64,000 bases of DNA from a virus (taxonomy: Duplodnaviria; Caudoviricetes). Made by a program: the position numbers and the translations under genes. Position 1 is the stretch's first letter, and each line of letters begins with the position of its first letter. Where the stretch lies: IMG/VR virus record IMGVR_UViG_3300008113_000053, positions 2,227 through 66,226 of that record; one strand, written 5' to 3'. This document shows, one piece after another, positions 10,642-19,854 of the stretch. The notes under the pieces are model-generated. The model worked only from the letters and a program-made list of their open reading frames with translations, ran no database searches and was not told where the DNA came from.

Positions 10642-11699
10642 TGCCAACAATAAACGTACCTACATCTAAATTATTGTTGCCTCTAGATGGTTTTTCTACA
10701 GCAAACTTTGGAGGCGCGTCGGGAGCAATTACTAGTAGTAATGGCGGTGTTGCCGTTTATTATGTGCCACAAGTTACGCATAATGTGACCACAATTGTTT
10801 TTCAATATACGATTAACACAGCTCCATCACCTAATACATTTGATGTTGGCATACAGGGCGTAAACGCAACTACAGGTTTTCCTGATGGTACATTTATAAC
10901 GTCTGGGACATGGACAGCTCCTGCATCCGGCTCTGGTTTTGCAACTACTACAGTAACAACAACATCGCTGACAAAAGGTACGGCATATTACTTAGTAATT
11001 AGAAATGCAGTATCTGGATTCACGGGATCTGTAAATATTTTCAATAATGTAAATAACACTACAACTGGAAAAACACGAGGAGCGCATGGAAGGATATCAG
11101 GTGTTTGGTCTGCAGCTACAGTGCGGCCCGGCGGCGGGATTTGGTTATATGATGGAACTAAATATTATGGAACAGGATTACAGTCTTCAAGCGGATCTGA
11201 AGCAGCTGTAACTGGTGTGAATGAAATTGGCACAACGCTTACTCTCCCAGTAAATACGCCTGACATTTCACTGTATGGCGTTTGCATTTACGCAGTTACC
11301 ATTAACGCAGGTAGTCTTTACGACATAATATTAAAAAATTCAGCTGGCACTACACTTTCAACAATTACTCTTGATGGCGATCATAACCAAAACTACATAT
11401 ACGGAATATTTCCTTCTGCTCAGACTATAACTGCCGGAAGTAAGTATTACATTATGATGAAGGCAAACACGGGTACAACTCCATTAATACGAACAGCTGT
11501 TAATTTTAGCGGAGCCTTAATGACTGACATAAGGAATGGAGTTGTAATGAATAAAGTTACATACAATGGAACAACGTATACCGAAACAACAGGATCAACA
11601 TTGCAAGGGTATTTACTATTTAATAATATTGCGTATACCCAAACCGGCGGTGCGTCAGTATATTCAATCCCTGCGTCGTTCAGTCAACTTGAGGGATAA
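10641..11699 (+). CDS. Fibre/spike-type structural protein (paralog of 9307..10641)
   Basis: Shared blocks DIGIQ..GLPSGTF / DVGIQ..GFPDGTF and DEIGFAFTL / NEIGTTLTL. Confidence 0.6.
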   Translation: MPTINVPTSKLLLPLDGFSTANFGGASGAITSSNGGVAVYYVPQVTHNVTTIVFQYTINTAPSPNTFDVGIQGVNATTGFPDGTFITSGTWTAPASGSGFATTTVTTTSLTKGTAYYLVIRNAVSGFTGSVNIFNNVNNTTTGKTRGAHGRISGVWSAATVRPGGGIWLYDGTKYYGTGLQSSSGSEAAVTGVNEIGTTLTLPVNTPDISLYGVCIYAVTINAGSLYDIILKNSAGTTLSTITLDGDHNQNYIYGIFPSAQTITAGSKYYIMMKANTGTTPLIRTAVNFSGALMTDIRNGVVMNKVTYNGTTYTETTGSTLQGYLLFNNIAYTQTGGASVYSIPASFSQLEG

Positions 11700-11711
11700 T
11701 GTGAGGTAGTT

Positions 11712-12797
11712 ATGTTCCAAATAAAACAAAGTGATGCAGATGCAGCGCATAGACGTATTCCAGTACTTCTAGTAGACATTACAGATGGGTTTACACCAGA
11801 AACTGGTGTAACGGCACCAACTATTAATGTCAGCAAAAACGGAGCGACTCCTGCAGCTGGTGCTGGCACGTGGGCCGAAATAGGTAACGGGCAATACTAC
11901 TATCAATTAACTACAGGTGAAGTAGACACACTTGGTTGGGTTTCTTTAAATATTGAAAAGGCCACTGTCAGTCGTGACTATAATTCCGTAGTACAGATTA
12001 TGGCCTATGACCCATTTGATGTAGTAAGGATTGGTCTTACTGCATTACCAAATGCTGTAGCTGGAGCCGCAGGTGGTTTACCTACAGGTAATGCATCTGG
12101 TCAGGTTACTGTAGCAGGTACTGCTTCTGGTGCTATTACGTCATCATCTTTTGCTACGGATGCAATTACAAATACTGCGTTGGCTGCAAATGCAGCTACG
12201 GAAATTGCAGGTGCGGTCTGGGATGAGCCTTACGCGTCGCATACAACTGCTGGCACGTTTGGTAAATTGATGGATCTATTGCGCAAGGCTAATTTAGCAA
12301 CAGAAGGCACCGTGTCTGTAAGTGGAGCGCCAGCTAACTCTACTATTTATTTCCGAACATCATTAACAGGCGTAGACAATTTTTATAATAGTCAAACAAT
12401 ATTGTTTACATCTGGAACACTGACAGGCCAAACCGCAGTCATTAGTACATTCACGTCTACTAATGGAGTAGTTGAACTTTCTGATTCTTTGACTAGCACA
12501 CCAACTTCTGGTGATGCATTCTTAGTTTTAGGTGATCACGTATGGAGTAAAGAGCAAATTGCTGATGGTATTCTTGCTCGTAAATTAGATAGCACTGGTA
12601 ATGAATCTGTGCTTAACGGTGCGTATACGTCTACATCTACAGATAGAACAGTTCGTCAGGCATTGCGTATATTGCGAAACAAAGTTGACGCATCAACAGG
12701 AGCTACAATTGATGTGTACAATGAAGCAGGAACCGTGGTTGTTTGGAGTTTACCGTTAACAACCGCACTTGCAGATCCGATTGTAAAGGTAGGTTAA
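11712..12797 (+). CDS. Virion structural protein
   Basis: GAGGT RBS; INVSKNG...EIGNGQYYYQLT and EIAGAVWDE motifs seen in phage fibre/baseplate-type proteins. Confidence 0.6.
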   Translation: MFQIKQSDADAAHRRIPVLLVDITDGFTPETGVTAPTINVSKNGATPAAGAGTWAEIGNGQYYYQLTTGEVDTLGWVSLNIEKATVSRDYNSVVQIMAYDPFDVVRIGLTALPNAVAGAAGGLPTGNASGQVTVAGTASGAITSSSFATDAITNTALAANAATEIAGAVWDEPYASHTTAGTFGKLMDLLRKANLATEGTVSVSGAPANSTIYFRTSLTGVDNFYNSQTILFTSGTLTGQTAVISTFTSTNGVVELSDSLTSTPTSGDAFLVLGDHVWSKEQIADGILARKLDSTGNESVLNGAYTSTSTDRTVRQALRILRNKVDASTGATIDVYNEAGTVVVWSLPLTTALADPIVKVG

Positions 12798-12798
12798 C

Positions 12799-13293
12799 AT
12801 GGCAACATCAACGGCATTTACAAATGCTACAGAAGCAAACTTATTGAATTGTCTACTTAGGGGTGCATCGTTTGGCCCATTTGGTGGCAATGGCTCCACT
12901 GGAACACGTTTGTATTTAGCATTAATGACAAACGTGGCTAGCGATGGCACATTAGCTGAAAATGCATTAGGAACCGCAGGTTACAGTACTCGAATTGGAA
13001 TTGGAGCAGCAGCCACTGATGCAGTATTTGGCATTGGTGGCGCAAATACGGCGGCTAGTACAGGAGCGCCGGGGCCATTAACTCTTATTACACCAGTGTC
13101 ATTTACTGCGTCTGGTGCATCTATTACTATTGCAGGTATTGCAATTTGCAACTCAGCAACAATCAGTGCAACTGCTTCTACTGATGCAACAATTTTGTTC
13201 TACGGAGATATTACTGGCGGATCTGTAACTCTTGGCTCAGGTCAAACTATTACATTCCCCAACAACACAGGTATTAGTATTGGCCTAGACTAA
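12799..13293 (+). CDS. Small tail-fibre subunit-like protein
   Basis: 164 aa, 'EANLLN...LYLALMT...ILFYG...GQTITF...ISIGLD' pattern of small fibre proteins. Confidence 0.6.
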   Translation: MATSTAFTNATEANLLNCLLRGASFGPFGGNGSTGTRLYLALMTNVASDGTLAENALGTAGYSTRIGIGAAATDAVFGIGGANTAASTGAPGPLTLITPVSFTASGASITIAGIAICNSATISATASTDATILFYGDITGGSVTLGSGQTITFPNNTGISIGLD

Positions 13294-14408
13294 TGGCAAT
13301 ACCAAATAGCGCTGGTTATATAACAGCGATATTTATTGGTGTAAGGCTTGCTGCTCCGCCTGTACCCGGTGGTAATAAATCAGCAAGCCTTAGTGCTTTT
13401 GCTACAGTATCTTCATCTGCTACAAGATCTGTTAGTGTAACCCTGTCTGGAAACGCTACTGTTTCTGCGTCAGCAAGTAGGCCAGTTAGCAGTACTGAAT
13501 CTGCATTTGCAAGTACATCTTCATCGATTACTAGGTCTGTAGGAGTAACTGGATCTGCTAATGCTACTTTATCGTCATCTGTAACAAGGTCAGTTAATAG
13601 TGCTCAATCTGCATTTGCAAGTACATCTTCATCTGCAACCAGATTAGTTGGAAGTACACAATCAGCATTTGCAACAGTATCGTCAGCTTCAACAACAGTA
13701 GTCGGAAGTACACAATCTGCATTTGCTACGCTTTCAGCGTCAACATCAAGTTCTATTGCATCTTCTAGCTCCATGTCTGCGTTTGCGACAACGTCTTCTA
13801 GTATTACTAGGAATGCAACGTCAGCTATAAGTGCATTTGCAACAACATCATCTTCTGCTACTCGAAATATAACGTCATCTATCAGTGCGTTTGCCACAGT
13901 TAATAGCTCTGCTGCAAGATCATCAAGTGTAAGTATTTCAGCGTTTGCGTCATTATCATCAACAGCGAATAGGCAAAGTAACTCCAGTTTAAGTGCATAC
14001 GCAAGTTTAACTACGTCTATTAACCGTGATGCAGTGAGCGCTATTTCGGCTTTTGCAACAGTAAATGCAAATTCCACTCGCACGTCATCAACTACATTAA
14101 GCGCATTTGCTACTGTTAATTCAAGTGGAGTTGTTGCCGGAGGTCCCTCAGGTCCAAGTTCAGTAACTATTGTTGGTAAAGCGTATTTAGATGTTAATGC
14201 AACTTACAACATTTTATGCACATGTCCGCCGTGGATTGTCAGTAATGATGATGTCTGTGCATGGCAAACGCCGACTACAACTCTTGTCGGCACGTACGTG
14301 GTAACAGAGTCTTTAAATGACATGTTTACTCATAATGATCAAGTTAACGGTGTGTACAATAACACTGTTACACTGGTTAAGCGTTTTACGCGAAAAGGGT
14401 GCGAGTAA
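13293..14408 (+). CDS. Ser/Thr/Ala repeat structural protein
   Basis: About 14 tandem 18-aa SAFAT repeats; Cys-containing C-terminus. Confidence 0.65.
   Translation: MAIPNSAGYITAIFIGVRLAAPPVPGGNKSASLSAFATVSSSATRSVSVTLSGNATVSASASRPVSSTESAFASTSSSITRSVGVTGSANATLSSSVTRSVNSAQSAFASTSSSATRLVGSTQSAFATVSSASTTVVGSTQSAFATLSASTSSSIASSSSMSAFATTSSSITRNATSAISAFATTSSSATRNITSSISAFATVNSSAARSSSVSISAFASLSSTANRQSNSSLSAYASLTTSINRDAVSAISAFATVNANSTRTSSTTLSAFATVNSSGVVAGGPSGPSSVTIVGKAYLDVNATYNILCTCPPWIVSNDDVCAWQTPTTTLVGTYVVTESLNDMFTHNDQVNGVYNNTVTLVKRFTRKGCE
13392..14129 (+). repeat. Coding tandem repeat, 54-nt/18-aa unit (SAFATxSSSxTRxxxSxx)
   Basis: 13 full units (one of 20 aa) plus one partial, read from the translation. 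Confidence 0.85.
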
Positions 14409-17400
14409 TGGCTACAAAACAAATATCTAACACGCAACAGCCGTTTCAACTTGGAGACAGGGCATTTATTGGTATTGATACATACACGGCTGCAAACCGT
14501 CTTCCCGATGGATACTTTCAAACGCTTGACAACATTCTTGTTTATGGAAACTCGCTTCAACCTCGTAACGGCTGGTCAACATGTTGGCACTCGTCATCTC
14601 TTCCTTACAATGCAACTACTGGATCGCCAATATACGAATTAACAACACTGAAAGACAAAGGTTCTAAAAGTAAAGTTGTATTTGCCAGTAATTCAAATAT
14701 TTATTTCTATGACACAAATACGTATGGAGTTCCAAATAATACTTACTCGTCGGTAATAAATAGAGCAACTGGCACTGCGTTAACAACTGCAAATAGTGCA
14801 AATGTGCGCATGACCCCATACGGAAGATATGTATATGGTGTAGATGGAGTTAATAACCCATTTAGGATCCGAATGAATGGGCAGATAGTTGAAGCTGATA
14901 GACTTCCGACGTTAACCGACTGCACAAAATTTACACCTAAAGCAACTGCGTCTGCTATTACGGTAATGCCCGGAACGCAAATTAGCAGCTCCTATTCAGC
15001 GCCAATTGATTTAACTGGATTTAGTTCAGCACCATCCGTATTAGTATCTAAAATTACTAACGGAGATTTTTCAACTTCTACAGCAACAGGTTTTGGTCAA
15101 TGGAACTACAACACTGGTGATGCGCAACGTGTTGCCAGTGCCGTGTATACATTAGCTGGTGTCACTTACAATGTTTTTGCCCCACAGTTGGCTGCCCCAG
15201 CTACACCTACAGTAAAAAATACTAGTAAATACATCCTTACGCGAGACGGAGCTGTTGGAAACTGTATCAAAATTGATCACATACAAGATTTTATTTATCA
15301 AGATATTGATGTACGTGATGTATTAGTTACATATGACGAGCAACCAATAAGCTTTACTACAAACGGCGTGTCGGCAAATATTACTACAACCATTAATCAC
15401 GGATTAGCTATTGGTCAACCTATTAAATTTACAACTACAAATGGAGGAGTTTCGACTACACTTATCTATTATGTAAAGTCTGTGCCAGCCTCAAATATTA
15501 TTACGGTGACTACAAATTCAATTGTTGCAAGTGGATCCGCTGTTATATTAGGTGCTACTACATTAGGTCAGAACACAATGTTAGTACAGCACAATGCTGG
15601 TACTTATGTATTGACGTTTTATGCGTATAACCAAGATGATTTAAATAATTTTGTAAGTAATAACACGCTAGATGTTTTTATTCGCGGATATCAAAACACC
15701 GCGACTACTGCGCTTACAACAAACGATCAGATACCCGGAGCTGAAGTTTACTACAGTGCTCAGCCAGCAGCTGGGACAACTCCTAGTGACTGGCATAAAT
15801 TCCAAGTGCTTGTTGACTTTAGAGAATTTGACAAGCAGTTAACTGGAATACAAGTGCGTATTGCGTCTGCTTTTGACAGAGGCGGAGATAGTTTTGTATT
15901 TCTGGACGACGTGTCCTTGTATGCTGTCAATGCTCAATTGCAATTAGCTTCTATACAGGACGACACAAAAAAATTACTAAAACTGAATGCAAAGCAGTCA
16001 AACCCTACATTTATTACAACCACGTTGCCAACTGACCCTTTTGCTAACTTAATTGCAAATGAATACATCAAAATAAATTTAGGGATGGCTACTACATTTA
16101 CGGCGGTAGCTGGGCCAACACTTACATGTACTACTGATCACAACTTGAAAAATGGTGACATAGTCATGTTTTCAACTGCGACTGGTGGAACCAGTACGTC
16201 GATTCCTTATTATGTGAATAGTGTTCCCACTAGCACTACATTTACTGTTACTACTGACAGCACATTAACTGGAGCCACATTTCAATTTACAGGTACTGTA
16301 ACATCCGGTACTAATTATTTCACCCCTAAGTTCGACTTGCGAACGACACAAGCGTTAAGTGTCCGTGCGTTCTTCTCAGAAAAAATTAATCAAGATGTTC
16401 CATCGTTTAGTCTTGGAATCCGCACTGCAACCACGACTGAATTTACTGGTCAGTGCAGGTATGACAAAACGACAAACTACCTTACGTTTGATTTGTATCC
16501 AATATCAGCTGCAACACGAGCATTAGTATCAACAATCATTTTAAAGTTTGACTACGACGTGTCTTCTGTGTATGACAATGAATGGATTATTAGTTTAGGC
16601 GAAGTTGTACGGCAGGGGGCGTTAACACCGCAAACAAAATACTCGTATGGATTTACATTATGGACTCCGTACACAGCACCAGTAAATGGAAGTTCGCCAT
16701 ATTGGGGTACATCTACATTCAGCACTGCAGTTGGCGGTAGTACAACAACGTTAAACACGGCAACGTATCACAAATTAGGTGTCAATAAACCTATTACATT
16801 TACGACTGCTATTGCATCTACTCCAGCAATTGTTGCTGGCACAACTTATTACGTGAATGATGTACTTTCGTACACATCATTTAATGTCTCTACCGCACCA
16901 TATGGGTCAGGTACTGTCATATCTTTTCCGGGAAGTATTTCATCAGGCACATACAATTTTTCAGCCACTCCAGATTTGCCTAGCAGTGATGGCTTTGAAA
17001 CAGTAGCAAGTAAATACACCAGTGAAGTCACTGTCACAGAAGCTATTAATAAGGTGTCAGTAGAATTGTCTACTGTTGACCTTCAAGTTGGATTAAATCA
17101 CTATTACAAATATGCTTGTGTATACAGGAAGAATTTACTAACTGGTGACAATGTAGGTAGATTGATAGGAATTGTAGATTTAGACACGGGTGCTTCATAT
17201 ACTGATGGCACTAAGTGGGAAGGTTTTACATCATCAAGATCAGGCACGACGATTACTATTGTTGACCAAGTGCCAGATTCGCAAATGTTCTTTGATAATG
17301 GTCCCGGTACACGTGGTTATAGATATCGGTTTGGCAAAGATCAGTATCCATCCGGTGGTGATTGTATTGCGGTTTACAACCAGAGACTGTTTGTATCTAA

Positions 17401-18562
17401 GAAGAATACAATTTATGCGAGCTGGCTTTTAAATACAAATAACGAATACGGTATCTACACAACATTAATATCTGATGTAACTGACCCTGAAGTTGCAATT
17501 AAAGGAGCACAGTTTTCTGTTAGTAATCAAACTGATGAAGAACAGATAATGGGTATGGTCACCATTCAAGGTGACGGATTGATGCGAGATAACAGTACGT
17601 CAGCTGCATTGGTTATCATGCGCGAGCATACAACTTATCTCCTTACGGGAGATAGCCCACACAATTTTGCAAATCAAGGATTTTTACAGGGGTCTGGATC
17701 TGGTTTAGTTGCTAAACGCGGATGTGCAGTATTGATGGGAAGGCTTATCTTAACTACTGCAAACGGAATCATGGAATTGCAAAGCACCGTCCTTGTCCCT
17801 AGAGGACAGCAGTTGGAGGGTGTATTAAACATTAGGTCTCAAGATTACATTAACGGAAGTTACAACTACGTTTCTGCAACTGCGTACGCTAACTGTGTTA
17901 TGTGCGTACATGACAGACGCTTATTGTTATTAGCACCAGAGGCTACAGCAAATGGATCAGCTCCAAGTGCTGGCAATCCTTACATCTATATTTACGACAC
18001 TAGAACAGAATCATTTGACCCAAGAAATGCAACACAGGTCAAAACTGGTGGCTGGGTTCGATGGATTAATCCTGCACGATACACCTCGTTAATTGCTGTT
18101 GAAACTAGTGATGACACACAGGATTTATATGCTGGAGGTGCTGACGGAAAGCTATACAAGCTTGACAGGTTTGCGGATGGTGTTTATGCGGATAGTTCTG
18201 GTAATAGAACTTACACAGGAATTGATTGGGTTGTCAAAACGCGTAAGTACGGACAAGCTTTTTCTGAAAGTAACATTTACTACAGCGCCAATAAGATTCA
18301 CGCATTAAACATTCACCTGCAAAATTTACAGACTGATGCTCCTATATATTCATCATGGGTAATTACTGGCCAAAAAGGTTATTCAACTGCTGGAACATTT
18401 AGGTTTCCAAATAGCACTGACAAAGTTATTTCCATACGAAGCATTAGTAGGACAGCAGATCAACAGACATTTGATATAAAATTATCTGCAACGACATCAA
18501 GTAAATGGAAAATGTTTGGCATTCATGCGATAACGACAGAAGGTAATACACCGAGAAGCTAA
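14408..18562 (+). CDS. Tail nozzle/tubular protein B-like with large insertions
   Basis: N-terminal FIGID...NIL...LQPRNG, C-terminal propeller-like region (YNQRLF, YIYIYD..GWVRW, LYAGGADGKLYKL); ATG 14408 couples to the upstream stop. Confidence 0.65.
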   Translation: MATKQISNTQQPFQLGDRAFIGIDTYTAANRLPDGYFQTLDNILVYGNSLQPRNGWSTCWHSSSLPYNATTGSPIYELTTLKDKGSKSKVVFASNSNIYFYDTNTYGVPNNTYSSVINRATGTALTTANSANVRMTPYGRYVYGVDGVNNPFRIRMNGQIVEADRLPTLTDCTKFTPKATASAITVMPGTQISSSYSAPIDLTGFSSAPSVLVSKITNGDFSTSTATGFGQWNYNTGDAQRVASAVYTLAGVTYNVFAPQLAAPATPTVKNTSKYILTRDGAVGNCIKIDHIQDFIYQDIDVRDVLVTYDEQPISFTTNGVSANITTTINHGLAIGQPIKFTTTNGGVSTTLIYYVKSVPASNIITVTTNSIVASGSAVILGATTLGQNTMLVQHNAGTYVLTFYAYNQDDLNNFVSNNTLDVFIRGYQNTATTALTTNDQIPGAEVYYSAQPAAGTTPSDWHKFQVLVDFREFDKQLTGIQVRIASAFDRGGDSFVFLDDVSLYAVNAQLQLASIQDDTKKLLKLNAKQSNPTFITTTLPTDPFANLIANEYIKINLGMATTFTAVAGPTLTCTTDHNLKNGDIVMFSTATGGTSTSIPYYVNSVPTSTTFTVTTDSTLTGATFQFTGTVTSGTNYFTPKFDLRTTQALSVRAFFSEKINQDVPSFSLGIRTATTTEFTGQCRYDKTTNYLTFDLYPISAATRALVSTIILKFDYDVSSVYDNEWIISLGEVVRQGALTPQTKYSYGFTLWTPYTAPVNGSSPYWGTSTFSTAVGGSTTTLNTATYHKLGVNKPITFTTAIASTPAIVAGTTYYVNDVLSYTSFNVSTAPYGSGTVISFPGSISSGTYNFSATPDLPSSDGFETVASKYTSEVTVTEAINKVSVELSTVDLQVGLNHYYKYACVYRKNLLTGDNVGRLIGIVDLDTGASYTDGTKWEGFTSSRSGTTITIVDQVPDSQMFFDNGPGTRGYRYRFGKDQYPSGGDCIAVYNQRLFVSKKNTIYASWLLNTNNEYGIYTTLISDVTDPEVAIKGAQFSVSNQTDEEQIMGMVTIQGDGLMRDNSTSAALVIMREHTTYLLTGDSPHNFANQGFLQGSGSGLVAKRGCAVLMGRLILTTANGIMELQSTVLVPRGQQLEGVLNIRSQDYINGSYNYVSATAYANCVMCVHDRRLLLLAPEATANGSAPSAGNPYIYIYDTRTESFDPRNATQVKTGGWVRWINPARYTSLIAVETSDDTQDLYAGGADGKLYKLDRFADGVYADSSGNRTYTGIDWVVKTRKYGQAFSESNIYYSANKIHALNIHLQNLQTDAPIYSSWVITGQKGYSTAGTFRFPNSTDKVISIRSISRTADQQTFDIKLSATTSSKWKMFGIHAITTEGNTPRS

Positions 18563-19018
18563 ATGGCAACACCATCAACACCAGTAACGATTTATCCAAG
18601 AAGAGATAACCCATCTACTCGTCTTGGTCCCGGTAAATCAGCTGTCGTACTTGAGTATGACAATTACGCTGGTTTACCAGTCGTGCCATATTCTCCTTCT
18701 GCGTGTCAGATAGAATATGCTGACAGTACTCGTGATGTTACGTTTGCTCCATCAATAACACTATGCGATGCAAGTGTTGCGTCATTCACTTTAACTTTGC
18801 CGTCATCTGCAAGTTACATTGGTAGATCGATAAAGTTTATAAAGATGGATGCAACAGCAGCAACAATATCATTTGCAGTGTTATCCGGTGACACGTTATG
18901 GGCAAATGGTGGCTTTACAAGTTTAACTAAACAATACGAATGCGTAGAGTTTTTAGCAGTAAACGATGCCACAAATGCATTTGGTTGGATTGCTTTACTT
19001 AATAAGGTAGTTATATAG
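18563..19018 (+). CDS. Tail-associated structural protein
   Basis: DASVASFTLTLP...GRSIKFIK motif common in phage fibre proteins. Confidence 0.55.
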   Translation: MATPSTPVTIYPRRDNPSTRLGPGKSAVVLEYDNYAGLPVVPYSPSACQIEYADSTRDVTFAPSITLCDASVASFTLTLPSSASYIGRSIKFIKMDATAATISFAVLSGDTLWANGGFTSLTKQYECVEFLAVNDATNAFGWIALLNKVVI

Positions 19019-19027
19019 GAGTAAATT

Positions 19028-19849
19028 ATGATTGATCCATTTGTCGGTGGAATATTAACACAGGCGTTAAATCCGTGGATTAAAAAGATGACTGACCCAC
19101 AGGCCAGTCAAATGATGAATTATCAAAAACGGGCTATGGCTGCCAAGCAGAGCTATATTCCGTATTACAACCAGATGATGAATACTGGTAAAGCACAACA
19201 AAATACCTATCTACCACAAGCTAATAAGATGGCATCGATGGGTATTGAAAGTGCAGTTAAACCACTATCAGAAACCGATTTATTCAAAGGTACTGCTGCA
19301 GCAAACTCCGTATTACAACGTCAAGGCGATCAGGTTAATTCAAATATTGCAACAGGATCTGCTGCCCGTGGTTTATATGGTCCAACTGGATACGGCTTAG
19401 GTGTTGGCGTAAACCCTAATGCTGCAACAGAATCTGCCATTGCTAATAACTTGGCTCAGTTTTCCAGTAACTGGGAAATGGGGCGTGGAGATCGGTTAAA
19501 TGCTGCTGCTGACAGAGCAATGGGCTTAGCTAGGGCTGGAACAGATATGGCTGACCGTGGTGCAGCAGGAGCCGTAGGTTTATGGGGTCAGTTTGGTCAA
19601 GATGCACAGAATATTGGCGCACAAGAACTTGAGGCTCGTAAGCTTGCTGACGAACGTGCAAGCGGAATGATGGGTATGTTGACTGGTTATTGGAACAACA
19701 TGCAACAACAACAGCAAGCTGCTGCTAATCTACGGGCACAAAAGGCACAAACAGATAGGATTCTGTCTATGATGTATAAGCCTGCAACACCGGGTGGTCC
19801 GGGGCGAACAGTAATGCCCGGTGACCCAGATTACACTGGAGAGGGTTAG
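19028..19849 (+). CDS. Putative ejection/internal virion protein
   Basis: A/G/Q/M-rich and helical; first of three genes of increasing size after the tail; AGGAG RBS. Confidence 0.55.
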   Translation: MIDPFVGGILTQALNPWIKKMTDPQASQMMNYQKRAMAAKQSYIPYYNQMMNTGKAQQNTYLPQANKMASMGIESAVKPLSETDLFKGTAAANSVLQRQGDQVNSNIATGSAARGLYGPTGYGLGVGVNPNAATESAIANNLAQFSSNWEMGRGDRLNAAADRAMGLARAGTDMADRGAAGAVGLWGQFGQDAQNIGAQELEARKLADERASGMMGMLTGYWNNMQQQQQAAANLRAQKAQTDRILSMMYKPATPGGPGRTVMPGDPDYTGEG

Positions 19850-19854
19850 TCACT

